Assembly: GCF_011745625.1 (NCBI RefSeq)
Contig: NW_027191477.1
Span: forward strand, 186,001-250,000
From: Cladosporium halotolerans
Lineage: Eukaryota
DNA length: 64,000 bases
Direction: 5' to 3'
Part shown: positions 50,837 through 62,197 of the stretch, piece by piece
How the letters are laid out: every line of letters begins with the position of its first letter
Position numbering within the stretch: the first letter of the stretch is position 1
Translations under genes and position numbers: made by a program
Notes under the pieces: generated by a model
What the model was told of the DNA's origin: nothing
The model's input: the letters and a program-made list of their open reading frames with translations, nothing else
Database searches by the model: none

Positions 50837-53800
50837 CTAATCGTTTGACACCCCCGGTGAGCTCGCCAAACGCAATCTCATTTCGCGGAGACAAACGATG
50901 TCTTCATGGAGTCCTAGTAGCTCGACGATTTCCGTGTGGCCCTCGGCTTGTGCTGCTTCTGACGCCGAACCATACTCCGCATTCCGGTGGGTTAAGCTTG
51001 CTCTGTGATCAAGCAGAAGTCGAACGCCATCATATTTGCCCTTCGCTGATAGCACGATCAACGCAGTACCGTATTCGCCTCCCACGGCGTCTACATTTGC
51101 GCCGGCGTCCAGCAAAATGCGCAAAGTTGCAAGATCATTCGTGGGCGGTTGGTCCCATGAGTACGATAGCGATGTCAGAATGTAAGAGCACGCAGCCAGA
51201 TATAATGCACTTTGCGAATCTTGATCTTGATCACACGGATTGGCTCCATGCTGCAACAGAATCTTCAGCAGCCTCGCTTTTGACCCAGCTGATGCTGTGA
51301 GCAGAGGCGTTCGACCTCGGTTATCGACAGCGTTCAAGTCGGCCCCGGCGTCAAGGAGCAACTTGACGATTTCTCGGGTATCGGAGTCATTGCTTCCCTC
51401 AGCTGGCTCTGCTACCAGATGCAAAGCAGTCCGAGACATTTCGTCCCTTCCATTGACGTCAGCTCCGTTGACCAGAAGCACTCTAACGATGTCCACGCAA
51501 GGGAGATTCCTTTCTGCGGCGCGATGCAATGGGCCCGAAGTTCCCGGAGCGTTCACGTTTGCTCCTTTGCGAATGAACAGCTGTATTATCTCCAGAGGAG
51601 CGGAGGCTGCGGCAAAGACCAGAGGGTTGTCATCACGACGGGAATCCAGGGCAGGATCCGCTGTATGATCTTGGCCTGAGAGAAACCGAAAGACATCCCT
51701 CTTTCCCCGTTTTGTCGTCTTGGTTCTCTTGGAAGCGTTCTCGGACCTCTCATGTTGAGCATTGATGACAGCCCCACGATCGAGAAGAAGCTTAACGACC
51801 TTCCACCCACGGAAGGATTGAGATGCCATGCACAAGGGACTGTTGTAATCTGAATCAGAGAGATTTATGTCAGCTCCGTGATCCAGCATAATCTCGACTA
51901 GTTCTTCTTCGTCGTAAAACGCGGCTAAATGCAGCGGGCTACCAGAGTATCCGCCGCACAATGTCTCAAGATCAGGTCGCTCGAGGCCAGGTATTCGCTT
52001 TGCTTGTCGAGACAACAATAATCTGTCTCGTTTGCTAGCATGCACGTTGCTATGGGTGTGCATGATCAGGGCTTTGGTGAGCTCGTAGCAATCCAACATG
52101 ACCAGAAAGTAGAGAAGGTTGGCAGAGTGGTCTTTCTTTAGTTGCAATGAGTTACGCCGATTGAAAAGAAAGATGTATTTCTGCAATGGGAACTGGCTTA
52201 ACGCCGTCAGATCGAGCATACCTCCAACAAATGCAAGCTCGATGTGTGGAAGCCAAGCCTCACAGAGGTACACATATAGAGGGTACGCAAAGCGAAGCCG
52301 TCTTTCAGCAGATTCGTCGGCCGGAATCCCGGACGATGGAATCAGGTCGAAAGATCGTTGACAGACTTCTGCCAACCTTGCATGACTCTTCGCTTCTGTC
52401 CTTTCGCGCAATGTATTGTCCAAACTCGCAAGACCACCATCAAGAAGATATTCTCGGACTGATTCGTGAAGCAGGTGAGCACCTCTCGCTGTAGGCCCAA
52501 CCGCATCTGTAGACCAATGGAATTGCAAGAGACCGCGAGAGACTTGGATAAGATAACGCTCCATTTGGTCTTCGTAGATTTCGCTGCGATTCCAAAAACC
52601 TGTGGCCAGATCCTTAACACTCGTTCTGACAGCAAAGTATAATTCTCGAACCGTCCATGAGCGTCTCCTTCCTGGAAACAGGACCCATAGCAGGAGATAG
52701 ACCAAGGATGAGTCTGCAACGCTTAAGATGTTTGCGAAAAGATCGTGAAGCTGATCTGGAAGGCTTGCGAGGATAGAACGCAGCTCAGAGCGCGCTTTGC
52801 CAGAATCGGTCGCCTCTCTGATCATCTTGACTACAAGTACAACCCACAGGAAAACACCTGAGCAGCGATCGCAGACCGTTCTTTGAAGCTCGGACGCAAA
52901 CGGCTCTGCGAGGGTAAGCTTACTTTGGACGTACTGTGAAATGTCATCCATATGTCCAGGGAGTGAGTCAAGCCTCATCTCTGCATGCGCACGCATCTCA
53001 ATGTGCGGATAGTGTCGACTTGACAGGCAAATTGAGAATGGACATTCCGCGGAAAGAACCGACTCCGAGAGATCTTCGAAGTATCCGATCGCTCGTCGCA
53101 CTGCTTCCTCTTTACACTCGTCCAGGGCATCGATGAAGCAGGTGACTTTTGTGTCTCGCCCCAGCGTATTGATTACCACGCGGAAAGCGTTCTCAAGGAT
53201 GTCTATTGGCCAATCTTGGTTCTCTGTGAAAGGCTGCTGGCTTGAGAGGCATGTCTGTAGCGCAGGAAACTCGTGCAGGAGCTGGTGTAAGAGCGATCGA
53301 TACATTCCCTGAGTCGACTTTGGTAGCTCATCGTGACTTCTCGCGTTGAAGAAAAATGCAACGATGATTTCGTCGTTGCGATTTTCGACGGTGTGGTTGT
53401 AGATGTGCTTCATCAAGGTGGATTTGCCGGTGCCAGCGCTTCCTTTGATCCAAAGCACTCCATGATGGGCTTCGCGTTCAGTAGGATCCCGCCATCTGCT
53501 GTATTCTGGTTGATTGAACACCCAGCTGCATGTTTGAGCGTATGCTGGACTCACTGCCGCCAGGCGATATCCCATTCCCTCAAATGCAAGAGCCCCTAAG
53601 ACGTCGACAGCCCCATCGTTGCCTGGAGAGGGATAATAATGATTGTTGTGAATGTCGCCGAGGTGCACCCTCGCGCTGCCATCCGTGCGAACGTCTCGAT
53701 AATCATGGCCCTTGCGTTCGATGTGCCTTTGCGCAGCTGGCGGCTGCATGAAGTCTATGTCACCCGCTTTGCTCAAATGAGTTGTTCCCTTCCCGTCTTC

Positions 53801-53932
53801 TGCGATCTCATCGCCATCTTTCTCTTTCGCCAGTGACAACCTCGCATCGTTCGGCGCTCGGGTCGCTTCCAATACAGATTGCTGTTGAGGGTCTGAAAGC
53901 GGTCTGCGTCTGCGACCCTCCCCGTCGGGCAT
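50837..53932 (-). CDS. Fungal NLR-like protein: N-terminal amyloid-like motif, NACHT NTPase, ankyrin repeats (alternative start ATG 53749)
   Basis: TCSW, LWIKGSAGTGKSTLMK (Walker A), FFFNAR, CFIDALDEC (Walker B), LSSRHYP, GVFLWVVLVV and HESVREYL. About 7 ankyrin repeats (SPLHLAA..LDHGADIN, TALHLVA..LLDAGADLN). Confidence 0.92.
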   Translation of the reverse strand: MPDGEGRRRRPLSDPQQQSVLEATRAPNDARLSLAKEKDGDEIAEDGKGTTHLSKAGDIDFMQPPAAQRHIERKGHDYRDVRTDGSARVHLGDIHNNHYYPSPGNDGAVDVLGALAFEGMGYRLAAVSPAYAQTCSWVFNQPEYSRWRDPTEREAHHGVLWIKGSAGTGKSTLMKHIYNHTVENRNDEIIVAFFFNARSHDELPKSTQGMYRSLLHQLLHEFPALQTCLSSQQPFTENQDWPIDILENAFRVVINTLGRDTKVTCFIDALDECKEEAVRRAIGYFEDLSESVLSAECPFSICLSSRHYPHIEMRAHAEMRLDSLPGHMDDISQYVQSKLTLAEPFASELQRTVCDRCSGVFLWVVLVVKMIREATDSGKARSELRSILASLPDQLHDLFANILSVADSSLVYLLLWVLFPGRRRSWTVRELYFAVRTSVKDLATGFWNRSEIYEDQMERYLIQVSRGLLQFHWSTDAVGPTARGAHLLHESVREYLLDGGLASLDNTLRERTEAKSHARLAEVCQRSFDLIPSSGIPADESAERRLRFAYPLYVYLCEAWLPHIELAFVGGMLDLTALSQFPLQKYIFLFNRRNSLQLKKDHSANLLYFLVMLDCYELTKALIMHTHSNVHASKRDRLLLSRQAKRIPGLERPDLETLCGGYSGSPLHLAAFYDEEELVEIMLDHGADINLSDSDYNSPLCMASQSFRGWKVVKLLLDRGAVINAQHERSENASKRTKTTKRGKRDVFRFLSGQDHTADPALDSRRDDNPLVFAAASAPLEIIQLFIRKGANVNAPGTSGPLHRAAERNLPCVDIVRVLLVNGADVNGRDEMSRTALHLVAEPAEGSNDSDTREIVKLLLDAGADLNAVDNRGRTPLLTASAGSKARLLKILLQHGANPCDQDQDSQSALYLAACSYILTSLSYSWDQPPTNDLATLRILLDAGANVDAVGGEYGTALIVLSAKGKYDGVRLLLDHRASLTHRNAEYGSASEAAQAEGHTEIVELLGLHEDIVCLREMRLRLASSPGVSND

Positions 53933-54227
53933 CTTGTCGTTGATCTGCTCTTAAGGGTCTGTGCTACATCGTGTAGAGTCATAAGTGGACGAGGCTGAGC
54001 TGAACAGTTCTAGATTGACCTGAGAAAGCTGAGCAGGCATGCGGGCCAATAGCCTGTCAGTGGCTTGCATCAGGCTGCATACTGGCTGCAGATACCCGCT
54101 CTGCTGCGGTCACTTGCATCGATAAAGGTGTATGCACGACAATGGATATTTGACTGCAGCGGTATCACCACAACATCAAAAATATAACTGTATTCAGGGA
54201 CTAGCTTGTAGAAGAGATTGTGGTATA

Positions 54228-55869
54228 TCAATAGTACCACCTGAAGTCCGGCGTCTTCGGTCCGTCTCTCATCAACGCAGTCGATACGTCCTGTCCACGT
54301 TTCCTTGTACCCTGCTTCCTATCTCTGCGTTTATTGTCGAAAATCATGAACGCGCCCAAGCTCAAGGTTAGCACAATGCCAGTCGCACCAAATGCAGCCG
54401 TTGTGACCAAAGCGGGGATGTAGTCGGGAGCATCCTGCGGTCGGAAAATGTTCGATGATACGATACCCATCAAGTTGGCAAGCGGGATGCCAATCGAGGT
54501 GAGAAGCACACGACGCCCTTCGTGGGCGATGTTGTTGTTGAACCAGGTATCGAGCAGCACTGAAGGCGCGGATGTGCCCCATGTCATCATGAAGCATGCG
54601 AAGTAGGCCACTTGCAAGGAGCTCTCGACGTCGATGGCGGCGTAGATCACAAAGCCCATGAAAGTGAAGAAGAAGCCAAGAGCCACGAAGGGGAAGCGCC
54701 AGCGTGTGTAGTCAGACGCAAAGCCGAGCACCAGCAGCATGACGGCACCGGTGACATTGGGCGCAACAGTGTAGAGATTCGTCTTGATGGTACCGTAGCC
54801 TAGTCTAGCCACAATTTGAGGCAAGAATAGACCGACGCTCTGGAGAGGAATTCCAAGACACATCTCGATGCCTAGAATGATCCAGCTTGTAGGCTCTTTC
54901 AAGATCGCAATAGCATCCCGGAAGACAAATTTTTCGTTCACCACAGCGGAAGAGTCAACTTGCATGCGGTAGAAAGCTAGCTTTTTCTCATCCTCAGTCA
55001 GGAACCGAGCGTAAGCGGCGGAGTATGGGAGGAAGATGAAGGCGACGATCGACATGCAAATCGTCAGGCTTCCTTCGATAACGAAAAGCCAGCGCCATCT
55101 GTCGAGTCCGGCATTCTCGATCTGAAAAGTGCCGAATGCGAGCAGGCCGCCGAAAGCATAAGCAATGTTGGACGCTGCATAGAAGATGGCAAGACGGCGG
55201 CCCAGTTCACCGCGACGGTAGAACTGTGTTTGGTAATAGATGACTAGAGGAAAGAAAGCACCTGGAATAAGTGGTCTAGTCAGCCAATCGTACATGACGA
55301 GCAAATCTCGGAGGTAACTGACTTTCGGCCATTCCAAGGAACCAGCGCAACGCGAAGAGACCACCGAAGTTGTACGCGGCCACCACGAGCAATGTCATCG
55401 AGCCGAAAGAAAACATCATAGCAGGAAGTACGCGACTTGGACCGTACTTCTTTCCCAGAATGGCCAGGAAGGGTGCAGTAAGAACGTAAGGTACGAAGAA
55501 GATCGACAGGATAATGTTGTATTGGTTGGTGCCGTCCATGTTGAGATCCTTTTCCAGGCCAGCAGTCTTTGCGTTTCCTTTCCTAGAGTCAGTCACCGAA
55601 GCCTCGAGAGATATATATAGTGGGTTCCTGATTAACTTACCGAGGTTTGCTTTGTCAAGCGCGTTGAAGAGATACATGACTGCCAGCAAAGGGAGGATGT
55701 GGAGATCGAACTTCCAGACCAGCCGTCGCTCGGCAGCACGATCGATGGTGTATGTCTCGCCATCTCCATGCTCAATTACGGTGTTGCCATTTGAGTCGGA
55801 AGTGATCGATGTTGTTCTCTTCAGTTCATCAGAAGGCACGGTGACCTCAACATCCGTGGACTTGTCCAT
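54228..55869 (-). CDS. MFS transporter, Dal5/anion:cation symporter (TNA1-like) family; introns 55578-55640 and 55262-55322
   Basis: ERRLVWKFDLHILP, ALDKANLGNAK, LRWFLGMAESAFFP, FYRRGELGRRLAIFY, WRWLFVIEG and FLTEDEK. Confidence 0.9.
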
Positions 55870-56318
55870 CGTAGCCGCGATGCGAGAAGACGCGCTCACA
55901 GATTATCGTGAGATATGGGCAGCTCGATGAGCTGATCCGTATTCAGCGCTTTTGGACACACAAAAACGAAGGTAACAGGCGAAACTATTCCTTCCCATAC
56001 GCTGTTCACAGTGCCTTGCTTTTATACGAAGGCGGGGCTAAGACTAACCCTGGTAGCTTATCTGCGCCACCCCTCCTACTCACTATCAACCGCCACGCGG
56101 GTGATTGCACGCCGATCACTAGAGCTGATAGGCGCAAGATAGCCGACCACTACATGGTTTCATGTTACTTCGATCTTCCATTGCCAAGTCCAACTGTCAC
56201 ACTTGTCTTCGATCCGATTTCGCCAAACGGAAATAGAGAATGGGCATTGTTCGTTCACTTTATATGAGCTCGGGAACAAAAATGTGGGTTTTCCCGCAAT
56301 AATCGCTTCCCATTCTAT

Positions 56319-56811
56319 CTAGAGGTGACCTGAGCACTCAATCTCAACATCGGTACCCAACGGAAGAGACTTTACGCAAACGCAAGTCCGGACCTGAGCT
56401 CTGGTCAGTGATGAAGTCCACGTGCTTGAGATGATGTGAGCACATACCGGCTTAGGATCCGGGAAGAACTTTGCGTAGACCTCGTTGACGGCTGCAAAGT
56501 CGCCCATGTCGGCAAGGAAGATGTTGACCTTGACTGCTTTAGCGAGACTGGAGCCTCCCGCCTCGAGCACAGCACTGAGATTGCGGAGAACTTGTTCCTA
56601 CAAGCAGATCAGCCAATTATTGTTAACAGCCTTCATCGCGATGTCATACTGTCCTGTCCTGGACACTGCCTTCCACGAGCTTTCCAGTTGCCGGATCAGT
56701 TCCCACCTGGCCGGAGCAATACACCATATCGCCCACGACCAGTCCCTGGTTCAGCACCGGGATGGGCTTCGGAGCCTTGTCCGTGAGGATAACTTGTTTC
56801 GTGAGACCCAT
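56319..56811 (-). CDS. RidA/YjgF/YER057c/UK114 enamine-imine deaminase; two introns (about 56598-56649 and 56394-56447)
   Basis: MGLTKQVILTDKAPKPIPVLNQG...YCSGQVG...NLSAVLEAGGS...VKVNIFLADMGDFAAVNEVY...RTCVCVKSLPLGTDVEIEC. Confidence 0.9.
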
Positions 56812-57396
56812 GATTCTGTGAGTTCAGCTTGAACTTGTCGTGAACAGGGAATTCGATTGCCGAAATATGGTGAATGTCGTAGGGCGCGGCCACGTGTCGG
56901 CCATGTTACAACGCTCAAGTCATCTCTCCGACCAGCGAAGAACTCGAGACCCCGCTCCCAAACCTAGTTATGACAATCAGAAACAATTTCCATCAGGTGT
57001 CAACTGCAAATGACGATAAGGAGGATGCAAGGGCCATGCTACTATCATCCATGTAACCCTACAAACCCCACTCCAGCCACTGCAGGTGACACCCGATGTG
57101 GGGCCGTCTCCAAACGCTCTGCAAGACTGTCGGGTTTCCAACGTGGGCTTTGCGGGGTCGCTTTGCCCGGACTGCTAGTTTGTTGTCGATTGCTAGAAGC
57201 GTTATCTAGGCATCGGGCAACGATGTGGGTTGGCCGCTGGGTGTTGGGCTTGCGATACCGGCGTGAATGGGACTCCTCAGTATCGCCGCGGTCGGCCGGG
57301 CTCTATACCAATGCGACGTTTGTTCGATAACCGGAAAAAGGTGAGAGGCCGATACTCTCGCCGTGCGGCTCGAAGGAACGGTCGAGTGCCCTGAAT

Positions 57397-59154
57397 ATGG
57401 TGAAATTGAAGCATCCGGATATTCTCTTCAAATCCGCATCAGTGGTTGATGGAACAGGACACACACCAGCATTCAAGGCAGACGTGCTGATCCGAAATGG
57501 CTCCATCCAGTACATTCGCACGATCGACGAGGCGGTAGAGAACGGAGAAGACAAATCTGATGACATCCAAGTGATAGACTGCGAAGATGGCAAATGGACG
57601 CTCAGCCCTGGCTTCATCGACATGCACGCGCACTCCGACCTCTCTCTGCTACACACTCCCGAACACCTGGCTAAGATCACTCAAGGAGTTACTACAGACG
57701 TGATTGGACAAGATGGCATCTCCTACAGCCCCGTCACAGACTCCTCGCTCGCTCGCATCAGGAAGCAGATAGCAGGCTGGAATGGCAACCCGAGCGATCC
57801 TCCTGACTTCTTTGAACGGTGGCGCAGCGTGAAAGAGTATCTCGATGTGCTCGACGACTCTGCAATAGCCGTCAACGCTGCTTATCTGGTGCCGCAAGGC
57901 AACTTGCGGATCTTGGTCAAAGGATGGGACTCGTCGGCATGCTCTCAGGCTGAGATCGATGCGATGATAAGCTACCTCCACGCGGCGTTTAAGGATGGCG
58001 CAGTCGGGATGTCGTCAGGTCTGACCTACGTCCCTGGCATGTTCGCGGACAACGCTGAGCTTACACAGCTTTGTCGGGTCGTGGCGGAGTACGATGGCTA
58101 TTTCAGCCCGCATCACCGTTCATATGGCAAGGGAGCAATGCAAGCATACGCGGAAATGCTTGAGCTCGCCCGCAAGACAGGCGTCAGGCTCCATCTCACT
58201 CACGCGACGCTCAATTTCCCTGAGAACGCTGGCCGCGCGGACGAGCTCATTGCCATGATCGACGGGGCGATTGCAGAAGGCCTTAGCATCACACTAGACA
58301 CCTATCCTTACCTTCCCGGCTCCACGACTTTGTCAGCCCTTCTCCCCAGCTGGGTCTCCTCAGCAGACAACAAAGCCGACATCCTCAGCGACCCAGCGCA
58401 GCTCGAGAAAATCCGGCACCAAGCGCTCGTCGAGGGCACAGACGGTTGCCACGGCTGCACATTGAACTGGGACATCATAGAAATCGGCGGCGTGCAAAAC
58501 TCTTCTCTCGCGAGCAAATTCGTCGGCAAAACGCTCGGCCAGATCGCTCGCGAAAACAACCAGGATCCCTTCAACACGTGGGTCGAGCTGCTAAAGCTCG
58601 ACGACTTCGGCACCACGATCATGCAGCACGCCGGGCATGAGGGCAATGTTCGCAAGATTATGCGCCATCGTTCGCACATGGGCGGCTCGGATGGGATCTT
58701 GACGTCGACGAAGCCGCATCCGCGAGGCTGGGGGACTTTTCCGAGGTATCTGGGACATTATCATCGTGATTTGAGTCAGGGCCGAGCAAGAGATATTTAC
58801 AGTCGTGGAGAGCCGGGTGCAGAGAGCTTTGAGGAGGTCGAGCCGGAGGTCATCTTCGCTGGTGGACTGGAAGAAGCGGTCAACCATTTGACGGGTCGGC
58901 CTGCAGCGGTCCTTCGCCTTCGTGATCGCGGTCTTGTGAGGCAGGGCTATCGAGCAGACTTGGTGTTGTTCGATGCGGAGACCATCCTCGATGCCGGGAC
59001 ATTTGCTTCACCGCAGAGGCCGGCGAAAGGCATCCGCACAGTCTTGGTCAACGGCATTGTCGCCGTTAACGAAGGTAAGCCAACCAGGATTCGAGCTGGA
59101 AAAACGATTAGAATGCATAAAGCAGAAGGAGGCAAGAAGTACATCGTCGCTTAG
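57397..59154 (+). CDS. N-acyl-D-amino-acid deacylase (D-aminoacylase, amidohydrolase superfamily), intronless
   Basis: VVDGTG..ADVLI, PGFIDMHAHSD, QGVTTDVIGQDG, GMSSGLTYVPG, DTYPY, GSDG, PHPRGWGTFPRYLG, DRG...G.RADLVLFD and VLVNG. Confidence 0.9.
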   Translation: MVKLKHPDILFKSASVVDGTGHTPAFKADVLIRNGSIQYIRTIDEAVENGEDKSDDIQVIDCEDGKWTLSPGFIDMHAHSDLSLLHTPEHLAKITQGVTTDVIGQDGISYSPVTDSSLARIRKQIAGWNGNPSDPPDFFERWRSVKEYLDVLDDSAIAVNAAYLVPQGNLRILVKGWDSSACSQAEIDAMISYLHAAFKDGAVGMSSGLTYVPGMFADNAELTQLCRVVAEYDGYFSPHHRSYGKGAMQAYAEMLELARKTGVRLHLTHATLNFPENAGRADELIAMIDGAIAEGLSITLDTYPYLPGSTTLSALLPSWVSSADNKADILSDPAQLEKIRHQALVEGTDGCHGCTLNWDIIEIGGVQNSSLASKFVGKTLGQIARENNQDPFNTWVELLKLDDFGTTIMQHAGHEGNVRKIMRHRSHMGGSDGILTSTKPHPRGWGTFPRYLGHYHRDLSQGRARDIYSRGEPGAESFEEVEPEVIFAGGLEEAVNHLTGRPAAVLRLRDRGLVRQGYRADLVLFDAETILDAGTFASPQRPAKGIRTVLVNGIVAVNEGKPTRIRAGKTIRMHKAEGGKKYIVA

Positions 59155-59828
59155 GTATGAATCTGACGACATGAACGGAGCCTAAGTTGGAATGTTCTGT
59201 TGTGTTTGTGAGACCAAGTACCCAGAGAACAAGAAGCTGGTGTGCCGTCGTCCGGCGGCTGCAGAATTTCAGGACTCACAGCGTGCGAATCCGAATATTA
59301 GAAGAACGCAAGCAATAGACTAGTATTGATTGTCTGCATCATAATCAAGATACCTCGAGATACACGCGTAAGATTCGAATGATAGTTTGCATTGCTTTCT
59401 AAGGCGTGTGAGAGGCAAGGCATTACCCCAACCGAAACCCTTGTAACCCCAACCCTAACCATGAAATCTAGTAGGAAGCCGATAACGAGATGTGAACTTC
59501 AACTTCCACAGCGCGGCACAGCTTCGTAAAACATTAGCACTGCATATCACCTCTAGACAGTCTAAGCTCGCAATTCACTAGTTTGAATACTATCAATACA
59601 GCCGACTACCTGATGCACTCGGCTTCTGAAGCTACCTAGGTAGCCTCTCAAGCCAATTTCCGCCGACGCTCCTCGGTCGCGTCGACGTCTACGACCACCA
59701 CCGAAACCGCGCGAGCGACTGAGGTGATACGCTTTATTCGCCATTTTTTTTCGCAACAGTATCACAAACTTCCGCGACTACTTTTGCTCTCGCCATCTGC
59801 GTGAACGCCGGGCAGGGCGACCACGACG

Positions 59829-60370
59829 ATGTCCTCGACGTCGGGCGCTGCGGCAGAGACATGCCAGATTGCTGGGGCAGCAAGATCATCATCGGCGACC
59901 AAGACTGACCAGACCTCGGAGAAGAAGAAGCCGGAGCTATGGGGCTTGGGTAATTTCACCATCGGCCAGCCACACCCATCTCCCATTGAGAACAAGACGA
60001 CCTACGGATGGTACAGCGTCGTGCGGAAAGGTACGGTGCACTCGTGTATCAAACCTCTCTCACCACCCCCATGACTGACTCCTCTCGTCCTGCCCAGCTG
60101 TCCCGATCAACCTCATGCTCGAACCCGACTGGCTCGACCTACCACCCGCGGAATGGCGCTTTCAGCTTCTCGGAAATTGGCACTCCGTGCGTGATCCCTG
60201 GTTCGAAATCCGGCGAGCGCATCCGCTGCAGAGCGAGCTGCGGCCGGACGTGCATCCTCATCTGTTCCTGGTGGCAGAGAGAGAGAGGATGCTAATGAGG
60301 CTGACGCTATGGCGCTGTGCCGGCTTGAGCGGGATGGTCGCCTGCCGGAGTTTGAAGTGCTGGGAAGGGT
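59829..60370 (+). CDS. Hypothetical protein, partial model (exon 59829-60030, intron 60031-60097; 3' end unresolved)
   Basis: A GTACGG...CTGAC...CCAG intron joins two short Trp-rich ORFs in frame. No family recognised. Confidence 0.3.
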
Positions 60371-60965
60371 GAGCGCTGGGGAGGCTTTGGGGGAGCTGGA
60401 GAGATGGAGTGCATTGATGGAAGAGATGACTGCAGGTATGCATTGACGGCGGCGCTCCTGTCTACTTCTATCAAAACGTACTCGGAAAAGAGACTTTTTT
60501 CGGGTGAAAACGAAGATCGCGTTGCCCCAGGACTTCGCATCATCGCTGGCACTCGAAGATGACAAGAGAGCAATTCAAGCAGCCTCAACCCTTGCAAGAG
60601 TTTGCAATCAATTGCAGCCTCTATCTCGACTTCCACTAATATTTGACGAGCAGCGGCAATCCGGCACGGCGCCATTCATCCGCAACCGCTAAATTGAGAG
60701 AGACGCAGCGCGAAGAAGCTCTTGCACGGCGTATAGTATTGCTCTGCAGTGCTCTCAAGGTGCGTAGCCGCATGCGCACTCTCAGTCGAATGGATCCTAG
60801 CACTGTTCCCGGCATCGCCAAGTGTCCTGCGCCGTTGCCAGCTGACTTGATGACAGGTAATCACAGTGTAGAACTTGATCCTCACAGTTTCGGTGTCACG
60901 TCGCGCGCGCGTCGTATCGTTGCGCGACAAGGACGAAAAGCCCGCTTCGGCTGACAACAAAGAGA

Positions 60966-61239
60966 TGACTAACCAGCTTCACTTCACGCTGCGCTTGCAG
61001 GCTTGCACGCGATCATCTGTACGGTTGCTGATCGTGTGTTGCGCTATACGCCGCTGGATAGATTGACAGACTCGACTGGTCATGTTTCTCAACAGTCGGC
61101 GAAAATCCCGCATGAGCAGATGACTAAGGGCTGACTAACGCTCTTCACTTAACGCTCCACTTGCACGCAACGCAGTTGTCTTTAAGAATCGCGCACACGG
61201 CAAAATTCTGCCTCAACGCGATGACTAAGGGATGACTAA
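60966..61239. promoter_or_regulatory. Cluster of five TGACTAA (AP-1/Yap-type bZIP-like) sites
   Basis: TGACTAA at 60966, 61121, 61132, 61222 and 61233, including two tandem pairs 11 bp apart. Confidence 0.4.
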
Positions 61240-61557
61240 GGTGCTCGATATCACGCTCCGCTCGTACAATAATGTTTACGAGGATTTGCTGCGCTCTACA
61301 GCATTGGATAGATCAAAGGATGAGACACTGGTCAGCCGCCCATGAGCAGACGGTCATCGCGTTGATCTCAACGCTTGCCTGTGATCCCGCCGTTTCTCGA
61401 GGCTATATCTATGCGCGTTTCCCCCTCCCTCTCCTGTTTCCTTTCTCTTCCTTTCCTCATACCAGCAAGCAACTATCAGCAAGCACCAGAACACCAACAA
61501 CCAACAACAACAACAACAACCAACAACAACAACAACAAACAACAATCAATCAGCAAC

Positions 61558-61788
61558 ATGGTCCGCGTCTTCGGCAAGTACCTGTGGCACTGCCCTCTGC
61601 GCAAGAAACTGCGCAGAACTTTCCGCAAAGTCTTCGATCTTCCTGATCGCAAGCCCTGGCGCACGCGCTACACCGCGCGCCAGTACACGACGGCGCCCGA
61701 GATCCTGGACATGGCCGACCATGTCGTGATCTACATCGGCTCGGAACGCGAGAAAGTCGTCCTCACACGTCCGAGAATCCCTTTCTAA
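61558..61788 (+). CDS. Small basic hypothetical protein (76 aa)
   Basis: Strong context CAACATGG after a CT-rich and (CAA)n leader, with mostly C/G-ending codons. Product begins MVRVFGKYLWHCPLRKKLRRTFRK. Confidence 0.5.
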   Translation: MVRVFGKYLWHCPLRKKLRRTFRKVFDLPDRKPWRTRYTARQYTTAPEILDMADHVVIYIGSEREKVVLTRPRIPF

Positions 61789-61811
61789 TTGCAGCCTTCC
61801 TCCTGCAGTTT

Positions 61812-61906
61812 GCGCTGGGTAAGTGCGAGACGCGCTGGGTAAGTGCAAGACGCGCTGGGTAAGTGCAAGACGCGCTGGATAAGTGCAAGACGCGCTGGAA
61901 AAGTGC
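61812..61906. repeat. 20-bp minisatellite GCGCTGGGTAAGTGCAAGAC, about 5 copies
   Basis: Near-perfect tandem units seen directly. Confidence 0.9.
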
Positions 61907-62197
61907 TGTGCCGTGCTAATGACTCCGACCTTCTCGTGGTGCACGGTGTGAGTACCTCTCAGAGGGAAACCAACAGGAGTCAACCTTGTAGTTGTAGATA
62001 GTAGTACCTTAGCACAATAAAAGCAGCTATCCTTCATCACAATCATGTCTTACGCCCCTCATATATGCTTTTATCTTCTCGCACCAAGTTTCACGCTCCT
62101 TCTACGTGCCGTCGTCTTGTCGCGCGCGGTTCTAAAGGCCTTGCTCATACACCCCGTCGCGCTCTCGTGTGCGACATCGCGTTTTCGTCGCACAGCG

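Noticed and set aside
53933..54227. HeLo/HELL effector remnant upstream of the NLR
   Set aside because: An in-frame TAA lies seven codons before the ATG and the gap is too short for an effector gene.
61812..61906. CRISPR-like array
   Set aside because: Head-to-tail repeats without unique spacers, in a eukaryotic context with no cas genes.
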